Source of the DNA: an uncultured delta proteobacterium
Lineage (GTDB): Bacteria; Desulfobacterota; Desulfomonilia; UBA1062
Assembly: GCA_963798485.1 (NCBI GenBank)
Contig: CAWCTR010000014.1
Coordinates: forward strand, 416,001-480,000
Direction of reading: 5' to 3'
Length of the DNA: 64,000 bases
Positions 57,537-64,000 of the stretch are shown in pieces. Numbering within the stretch: the first letter of the stretch is position 1; each line of letters opens with the position of its first letter. Made by a program: the position numbers and the translations under genes. The notes beneath the pieces are model-generated. The model had not been told where the DNA came from and ran no database searches. It was given only the letters and a program-made list of their open reading frames with translations.

Positions 57537-58202
57537 ATGTTAGAAGAGGCAAAACTGACGAATCTGAAGAAGACGCTCATGGAGTTCGCAACATTGGTGG
57601 AGACCATGGTGGACCAGAGCATCACCGGGCTGAAAATGAAGAAGCCGGACATGCTTCATGACGTGATACAGCTTGATGAACCGAGGGCAAACACCTACGA
57701 GGTCGAACTCGACGAGAAGAGTGTGTCCATAATCGCCCAGCACCAGCCCACGGGCAAGGCCCTGCGCACCATTATCATGACCCTGCACATCAACAGCACC
57801 CTGGAGCGTATAGGAGACCATGCCGTGACTATTGCAGAGAGCGGCCTTATCCTTATCGAACAACCACCGGTCAAGTCGCTCATCGACATCCCAAGGATGG
57901 GGGATGTGGTGAAGACCATGATATCGGACAGCATCACATCCTTTATCAACGAGGATGCCGAGCTTGCGAGGAGCGTATGCGAGCGCGACAACATCGTAGA
58001 CGGCCTGCGCACCCAGATCATCAGGGAGCTCATCACCTTTATGATATCAGACCCTACCTCTATCGAGAGGGCACTGCATCTCATGAAGATCGCGAGCAAC
58101 CTGGAACGCATTGCAGACCTCACCACCAACATCTGTGAGGACGTGATCTACATGGTCAAGGGGCAGGTGATTAAGCATCATATGAATGAAAGAAATGAAT
58201 GA
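57537..58202 (+). CDS. phoU: Phosphate signalling protein PhoU
   Basis: QP...LR, LERIGDHA, DNIVD and LERIADLTTNICE. Confidence 0.95.
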   Translation: MLEEAKLTNLKKTLMEFATLVETMVDQSITGLKMKKPDMLHDVIQLDEPRANTYEVELDEKSVSIIAQHQPTGKALRTIIMTLHINSTLERIGDHAVTIAESGLILIEQPPVKSLIDIPRMGDVVKTMISDSITSFINEDAELARSVCERDNIVDGLRTQIIRELITFMISDPTSIERALHLMKIASNLERIADLTTNICEDVIYMVKGQVIKHHMNERNE

Positions 58203-58250
58203 ATCAAACCCTGTTGAACATGAACGGCTGTTCGTTGGAAGATGATTCGT

Positions 58251-58718
58251 ATGGCCAAAGAGATTGAAAGAAAGTTCCTGGTGGATATGAATCAATGGAA
58301 ACCGGATCATTCCGGCTCCATGATAAAACAGGGGTTCATCCCGACTTCCGGCCATTCTGTCGTACGCATCCGCATCAGCGGAGATAAGGCATATCTGACA
58401 ATCAAAGGAAAAAATACGGGGTCTGTGCGAAGCGAATTCGAATATTCCATACCTGTCTTCGATGCCGAGCAAATGCTCCAAGAGATCTGCGACAGGCCTT
58501 TCATAGAGAAGACGAGATACCTTGCGAATTACTCAAGCAGTACCTGGGAGGTAGATGTCTTTCACGGTGAGAATGAAGGTCTCACTATTGCCGAGATCGA
58601 GCTGGATTCCGTTGACCAGAAGATCGATCTTCCTCCATGGGTTTCAAAAGAGGTTACCGATGATCCCAGATATTACAATGTCAACCTCGTGAACCACCCG
58701 TTCATCCTGTGGCGGTAA
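58251..58718 (+). CDS. CYTH (triphosphate tunnel) domain protein
   Basis: EIERKFLV, VRIR, LTIKG, EFEY, WEVDVF and AEIEL. Confidence 0.92.
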   Translation: MAKEIERKFLVDMNQWKPDHSGSMIKQGFIPTSGHSVVRIRISGDKAYLTIKGKNTGSVRSEFEYSIPVFDAEQMLQEICDRPFIEKTRYLANYSSSTWEVDVFHGENEGLTIAEIELDSVDQKIDLPPWVSKEVTDDPRYYNVNLVNHPFILWR

Positions 58719-58724
58719 AGATCC

Positions 58725-59570
58725 ATGGAGGGGTTCGCCTCAGGAATATATGGCTTCCTCAAAAACCGCTGGAACGAATATGGGCCGCCTGCTTACGGCA
58801 CAGCTACTCAAACCCTGACACTGCTGACATACAATGCATGGTTCATGCCGTTCGCGGATGCGGAGCGCTCTATGGCCCTGCTGGAGATCATACGCTCGGG
58901 CAATGCCGACATCATCGGCATCCAGGAGGTAACGCCTAAGCTCCTGGGGATGATCCTGGAGCAGGACTGGGTAAGGAAGGACTACCTCGTTTCCGATTTC
59001 CAGGGCAAAACAGTCGAGCCCCACGGCGTCTTCCTTCTCTCTCGTTTCCCCGTGCGCAGACTGGCCGTTTATAACCTGCCGGGCGCCCTTGACCGCAAGG
59101 TCCTGATCGCAGAACTCATGCTCAACTCCTCTGTGACAAAGATAGCCGTCCTCCATCTCGAGAGCAGGAAGAAGAACGCCCATGTGAGGACCGAGCAGCT
59201 CACGGGCCTCTTTCCACTCCTGGAAGATGCCCCCCATGCCGTCCTCATGGGAGATTTCAACCTCGACACAGTTGGCGCCGCCGAACCCTCCCCTATCGAC
59301 GGCAGGTATGAGGACGTGTGGTCAATACTCAAACCGGAAGATCCCGGCTTCACCATCGATACCGACATCAATACCATGCGGTTCGAGCAGAAGGGCGGGT
59401 CGAAGAGGGTCCGCTTCGACCGCATACTCGTGCGCAGCGGATCCCCGGGCTGGAGACCCGAAGCCATCAGGCTGCTGGGTACTGATCCCATCAGAAAGAC
59501 ACACCCGGTTGTCTTCCCTTCCGATCATTTCGGACTCATGGCCAGCCTGAAATGGAGCACAGCCGGCTGA
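58725..59570 (+). CDS. EEP family phosphodiesterase (TDP2-like)
   Basis: LLTYN, IQEVT, HLES, MGDFN, RFDRI and PSDHFG. Confidence 0.85.
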   Translation: MEGFASGIYGFLKNRWNEYGPPAYGTATQTLTLLTYNAWFMPFADAERSMALLEIIRSGNADIIGIQEVTPKLLGMILEQDWVRKDYLVSDFQGKTVEPHGVFLLSRFPVRRLAVYNLPGALDRKVLIAELMLNSSVTKIAVLHLESRKKNAHVRTEQLTGLFPLLEDAPHAVLMGDFNLDTVGAAEPSPIDGRYEDVWSILKPEDPGFTIDTDINTMRFEQKGGSKRVRFDRILVRSGSPGWRPEAIRLLGTDPIRKTHPVVFPSDHFGLMASLKWSTAG

Positions 59571-59739
59571 TCTGCGGATGCTCCCTTCAACTTGCATTGT
59601 TCCCGTTTCATGCAATATCCCCCCTTGACTTTTATAAGGAGAGGATTAATATTAATGGTCCTGAGATAGTAATATTAAATATTTTTAGAGATTGCCAAGC
59701 ATCTCTCACTAATGAGAGAATCCCAAAGTGAGGTGTACC

Positions 59740-60054
59740 ATGAGAAACTTCGGTTCCGGGTCCAGGTATTTTATCTTCAAGTGCCAGAATCCTGATTGCA
59801 ATGAAGATATTCCTGTGGCGTTACACTCTTTCGCCCCTTCCGGGAAGAGGACTTCCACAGTAACATGTCATAAAAGGGATGAAGGGACAGACGAGACTGA
59901 CTCGATTAATATCACCTGTCCATATTGCAATTCTTTAAATCATATTCTCATGCTGAACAGCCACAATGAAGTAAACAGACATGTGTTCGAAGCGGAAAAT
60001 AAAGCGATGAATGCGATGCAGTTCAAACGCATTGATCTACCGGCTCAGGTTTAG
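59740..60054 (+). CDS. Small Zn-ribbon-like hypothetical protein
   Basis: CQNPDC...CPYC; SD GAGG; TTGACT-N16-TAATAT upstream at 59625. Confidence 0.55.
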   Translation: MRNFGSGSRYFIFKCQNPDCNEDIPVALHSFAPSGKRTSTVTCHKRDEGTDETDSINITCPYCNSLNHILMLNSHNEVNRHVFEAENKAMNAMQFKRIDLPAQV

Positions 60055-60201
60055 GAATCGAGTATAGAGAAGAATTTATTTAAAAGATATTTAATTATCA
60101 GCATTCTTTATTGCCCGAACACACTATCTCTGGAGCATGAGAATGAGTACGCCGTGATTCTCCTAAAGCAGCCCCTTATTCTCAAGCAGTCAGTTGCGGT
60201 T

Positions 60202-60257
60202 TTTTCATGAATATTTAACCATACCCAAAAATTTCTTTAACAAAGTGCGGATAAATA
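60202..60257 (+). promoter_or_regulatory. Pho-box-like array
   Basis: TTCAT 60204, TTAAC 60215, a degenerate position at 60226 and TTAAC 60237, then 10 nt, then TAAATA. Confidence 0.5.
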
Positions 60258-60340
60258 CACCTCATAAGATCAGAGTCCTTGCATCTGTGGTGAATGCACG
60301 CGGATAGCACTCGATGATCAGGTAAAGATTGGGGGTGAGT

Positions 60341-60610
60341 ATGTCATATCAGGTCTTGTATATCAAAGAGCCCCGTATACCGGGGGATCAGGCGGATGTA
60401 CTGAACTATGAACCCGAATTATTCATTACCGAGGATCTTGCACTCGAAAACGCATTCAAGGCTATGGAACGCCAAAGAAAACGTGATCACACAGAAGGAT
60501 ATGGAGGATCCTTCCAGATCCGGGGGCCGGATGGGTTTCTGATGAAGCATACCGCTGTAATAGAGAGATACCGGAAATGGTACTGGCTGAAAACGGGCAG
60601 ATTGCCGTGA
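60341..60610 (+). CDS. Small hypothetical protein
   Basis: SD GGGGGTGA before ATG 60341; Pho-like promoter upstream. Confidence 0.5.
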   Translation: MSYQVLYIKEPRIPGDQADVLNYEPELFITEDLALENAFKAMERQRKRDHTEGYGGSFQIRGPDGFLMKHTAVIERYRKWYWLKTGRLP

Positions 60611-60630
60611 ATCAGGACATGGAGAGATTC

Positions 60631-62220
60631 TCATCCTGTACGGATGATCTCAAGCTTTTTCCCAAAGATTCTCCTGAAGAAATCCCTGTGATTTTGTACG
60701 CCCCAGAGCTCGAGCTGGCAATTTTTTGAAGATGCGATTTCGAGGGCCACGGTTTTATCTGAGTCTGTGCTGCTGAACTGGGCGTCCTCCACAAGGCCGC
60801 CGTGGCTTCGGTCAAGGCTTTCGGCCAGGCGCAGGAAGACCGACTGTATCCTGATTACATCCTGATCCGGTTTGTCGAGGTCCTTCAGTTGGGGGTGCTT
60901 CCTGCCGGGAAAGGCTTTCCGATGAAAAAAGACCATCCCGGCCATGAGGGCCAGCTCATCCTGGTTGAAGCCCAAGAGATCCGCGTTGCGGATCAGGTAG
61001 GCGCTGTTGCCCTGGTGATTATGGTAGGAAATGAATGTGCCGATGTCGTGGAGCTGGGCGGCATAGTAAAGGAGCTCGCGCTTGACCAGGCCCTGCTTGT
61101 GCAAATCGAGCTCCCGGGCACTGTCGAAGAGCGAAAGGGAGAGCCGTGCCACGGTGCCCGCATGCTGTTCGTCGAAACTGCATCTGCGGCCGAGCTTGAG
61201 GACACTCCTCTGCCTTACCGATAGCTCGTCCATGAGGGGATGCTCGATGCGGGAGAGATAGTTCACAAGCAGTCCGTCCCTCAGCTCCCTGTCGCTGACC
61301 GTGATCTCACTTAATTTCAGCTCGGAGAGGATCGTGTCGAGAATTACCGCTCCTCCGATGATGATATCGGCCCTTTTGGGGTTCATGCCCGGCACATTCT
61401 GCCGTTCCTTCACGGAAAGCGAGCATAAGAGCTCGATGACCTGCTTGAGGTCCTTCAGCCGCATGGTTTTTCTCTTCTCCGGGTCGCCGCCATGGATGAC
61501 CTGGCAGCAGACCTCGGCAAGGCTCTGGATCGTGCCCGAACTGCCGAATGCCTTTTCCGCATTGAACTTGCGCAGGCCCTGAAAGGTGCGGATATACTTG
61601 TTGCGTACGAACTCCTGTAGCTCCTGGTAGCGCTTACCCGAAATCGGGCCATCAATACCGTCCAATTGGAGCATGGTCAGCCGGATGGCGCCGAGCTTGA
61701 GGCTGTCGAGGAATTGGTATCCCTTCTCGTCCCCTATGACAAGCTCTGTGCTACCGCCGCCGATATCGATGAACAGGGCGTTTCCGGAGAGGTTGATCCC
61801 GCTGGCAACGCCGAGATATATGAGCCGTGCCTCCTCCTTGCCGGATATCACGTGGACATCGACTCCCGATTCCCGCTTGAGCCGGTGAAGGAATTCGCTC
61901 TGATTCCTGGCATCACGGGCGGCTGAAGTGGCCACGACAATGATCTTGTCCGCCTTGAAGGACCGTGCCATGACCTCGAAGTTCCGGCATACGGCAACCG
62001 CCCTGTCCATGGCCTCCTGTTTGAGGATGTTGTCGGTGAATTCGCCTGCCCCCAGGCGTATCATCTCCTTCTGTCGGGAGATGACGGTATATGAGTGGTT
62101 CGGGCTGATGCGCACGATCATAATGCGCACGGAGTTGGTACCCATGTCCATGAAGGCAACAACACTGTCGCTGCCGGCTGAATCGCGGCCTTCTTTCAGG
62201 GTTGCCTTTTCACCTGCCAT
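60631..62220 (-). CDS. ppx: Ppx/GppA exopolyphosphatase with HD domain
   Basis: DMGTNSVR, ATSAARDA.N, EEARL, IDIGGGSTE, RADII.G and LHDIG. Confidence 0.93.
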   Translation of the reverse strand: MAGEKATLKEGRDSAGSDSVVAFMDMGTNSVRIMIVRISPNHSYTVISRQKEMIRLGAGEFTDNILKQEAMDRAVAVCRNFEVMARSFKADKIIVVATSAARDARNQSEFLHRLKRESGVDVHVISGKEEARLIYLGVASGINLSGNALFIDIGGGSTELVIGDEKGYQFLDSLKLGAIRLTMLQLDGIDGPISGKRYQELQEFVRNKYIRTFQGLRKFNAEKAFGSSGTIQSLAEVCCQVIHGGDPEKRKTMRLKDLKQVIELLCSLSVKERQNVPGMNPKRADIIIGGAVILDTILSELKLSEITVSDRELRDGLLVNYLSRIEHPLMDELSVRQRSVLKLGRRCSFDEQHAGTVARLSLSLFDSARELDLHKQGLVKRELLYYAAQLHDIGTFISYHNHQGNSAYLIRNADLLGFNQDELALMAGMVFFHRKAFPGRKHPQLKDLDKPDQDVIRIQSVFLRLAESLDRSHGGLVEDAQFSSTDSDKTVALEIASSKNCQLELWGVQNHRDFFRRIFGKKLEIIRTG

Positions 62221-62225
62221 GTCCT

Positions 62226-63563
62226 TCAATTCCCGATTTCAACCCTGCGGCCGAACGTAACCTGCATGAGATCGCTCTTGATGAGGCCGAAGGCAATCTC
62301 CTCTTCGGCAGGACCCGATGTGCTGCATGTTATCCTGATGGAATCCGGCAGCACTGCGCAGCCGACATCCTGAACCGCATTCCGGTGTGTCCGATCGAGC
62401 CCGTCAGCTACCCGGAGCAGGGCTGAGAGCTTCATGACAATATCCCGGCACGGTTCGGATAATGCCGCGAACCGGTCGTGTTTCATGGAAGGCACGGCCT
62501 TGCGGTGGTATCGGGCAATCAATGCAATCATTATGATCTCACCCGGGCTGAACTTGGAGAGTCCATGTTCGATGATGATATCCATGGAGTGTTTGTGATG
62601 GCCTTTTACATCCGTCGTAATGCCGATGTCATGGAGAAGCGCTGCACATTCGAGCATGATGCGCTCATGTTGTGAAAGGCCGTGTATCTCCCCAAGGCAG
62701 TCGAAGAGCTTCAGCGCCAGTGATGCGGTCTGGATCGCGTGGCCCTCCTCAAAGGAGTAGGATCTTCCGAGATCCAGGGCCTCCTGGACGCATAAAGACC
62801 TGTCCGGCAATGCACCCGTGGGCGTATCCTCGGCAACGACATCCCTGTAGCCCCTCCCCGTAAGGACCATCCTTGCGTACACATCCGGCAGTCCTTTTTC
62901 ACGGATTGAGGAGGCTGCCTGGTGAATGTCATAGGGGATCCGGTAGTGGCTGACCTGCATGGAGCGTTTCGTGAGGGTAAGGACGGCATATGATGCCCGC
63001 GGATCTCCGTCTGTCTGCAGGCCGATGCTCCCGGGGTTTATGAAGGAGATTCCTCCTGCTTCTCTGACAAAAGGGCTGTGGGAGTGCCCGCATACAACAA
63101 TATCCGCGCTCGCCTGTTCGGCAAGGCTTTTAAGCCGTGATGCCGGTGTGCCTGGCCCAATGTGCTCGTCCCCGGATTCGGGGCTGCCATGGACCAAGAG
63201 GATCTCCCATCCAAGCCGCAGGCATCTCATTTCATCGGGCAGCCCTATGATATAGGAGATGTTTTCCTCGGAGAGCATCTCGAAGGTGTATCTCCACATG
63301 GAGAACTTATCGAATGATTTCCCTTTTTCCCACATTTGTTTCTTGTCAGGGAACTTCAGTATCTTCCGGTCGTAGTTCCCGGCTATACTGAGGATATCGT
63401 TGCTCCTGAGGAGAGAAACGGCTTCATCCGGGAAGGCGCAGAAACCCAAGGCATCCCCCAGGTCCCAAATCTCGTCGATATCTCCTTGTGCCCTGATGTC
63501 ATCCATGACTGCGATAAGGGCGGTCAGGTTGGCATGGATGTCTCCGATGAGCACGATCTTCAT
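62226..63563 (-). CDS. YfcE-type metallophosphoesterase fused to a Ppx-like HD domain
   Basis: GDIHAN, LGD, GNYD, HGSP, GHSH and NPGSIG; then H...LLHDIG...HHKHS...RYHRK...ADGLD. Confidence 0.88.
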   Translation of the reverse strand: MKIVLIGDIHANLTALIAVMDDIRAQGDIDEIWDLGDALGFCAFPDEAVSLLRSNDILSIAGNYDRKILKFPDKKQMWEKGKSFDKFSMWRYTFEMLSEENISYIIGLPDEMRCLRLGWEILLVHGSPESGDEHIGPGTPASRLKSLAEQASADIVVCGHSHSPFVREAGGISFINPGSIGLQTDGDPRASYAVLTLTKRSMQVSHYRIPYDIHQAASSIREKGLPDVYARMVLTGRGYRDVVAEDTPTGALPDRSLCVQEALDLGRSYSFEEGHAIQTASLALKLFDCLGEIHGLSQHERIMLECAALLHDIGITTDVKGHHKHSMDIIIEHGLSKFSPGEIIMIALIARYHRKAVPSMKHDRFAALSEPCRDIVMKLSALLRVADGLDRTHRNAVQDVGCAVLPDSIRITCSTSGPAEEEIAFGLIKSDLMQVTFGRRVEIGN

Positions 63564-64000
63564 GGTTGTGTATTACGCTCTGAAACCGGCTGCTCCTCTT
63601 TCCCGGCGAGTCTGGTGAGCATGGCAAGGAGTGCCGGCCAGGAGGCCGTGTTTTGTTCCCAGTATTCGACGAATTCCCGGTAGCGTTTCTCCCTGAATGC
63701 GCGGCGGTCAGCCAGGAGAGACTCGATCCCTCGCTTCAGTCTCCCCACGGAGCGCGTATGCCCGATGTATTCGAGGGCCAGCTCACGCTCTTCGGTAAGG
63801 AACTCCGGGAGGAATTCGAGCCATACGTCGCAGTCGTGGATATCGCCGAGCATTTCCTGAATGTTTTTTACGATCTTTATGTACTTGGCAAGCTTCTTCT
63901 CATAGGCAGGCTCGAAGGCCTCCAGGCTGTAGCGTAAGTGCTTTGAGGCGATACGCATTGCATGGAGCTCGGAAATGCGTGCTGGGTCGTGGATGTAGAT
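63560..64000 (-). CDS. CHAD-domain polyphosphate-binding protein (5' part outside the window)
   Basis: ELHAMRIASKHLRYSLE and QEMLGDIHDCDV. Confidence 0.85.
   Translation of the reverse strand: MYIHDPARISELHAMRIASKHLRYSLEAFEPAYEKKLAKYIKIVKNIQEMLGDIHDCDVWLEFLPEFLTEERELALEYIGHTRSVGRLKRGIESLLADRRAFREKRYREFVEYWEQNTASWPALLAMLTRLAGKEEQPVSERNTQP

Noticed and set aside
1-64000. CRISPR array, tRNA/rRNA, prophage or integrase
   Set aside because: No regularly spaced repeats, RNA-gene signatures or phage genes were seen by eye; a covariance-model scan was not possible.

Overview
Bacterial window, probably from a Desulfobacterota/Syntrophia-like deltaproteobacterium (inferred from gene content). It has three blocks. 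(1) 1-20.6 kb (+): a Wzx/Wzy exopolysaccharide locus with an exosortase-EpsI fusion (XrtD-like), a PrsT-like TPR lipoprotein, an OPX protein, a beta-barrel and a Wzz/tyrosine kinase pair. It is followed by an IS1634-derived ORF that lacks its catalytic core and by a VPIPA-CTERM protein. (2) 25-49 kb (-): a 12-gene envelope island plus an orphan GspC. The island encodes a PIPA-CTERM surface protein, a Cys-containing PstS/DING-like protein, two FKBP foldases, an FhaC-type transporter, a 3471-aa filamentous haemagglutinin/DUF3739 protein, DUF2341-LamG-ExbB, ExbD, TonB, a putative porin, a lipoprotein and a coiled-coil protein. (3) 49.6-64 kb: phoBR, DUF47-pit, pstSCAB-phoU, CYTH, EEP and a CHAD/metallophosphoesterase-HD/Ppx polyphosphate cluster. 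Reading the intergenic DNA by hand shows 11-bp-periodic TT(C/A)A(C/T) Pho-box arrays at seven promoters. These include the envelope island and gspC, whose promoters also share an identical CCGTGGTAC element at the same position. The best candidate for an undescribed system is a PhoB-controlled, TonB/ExbBD-energised two-partner-secretion machine coupled to an exosortase substrate, a second phosphate-binding protein and an accessory GspC. All family calls come from motif recognition, not database searches.
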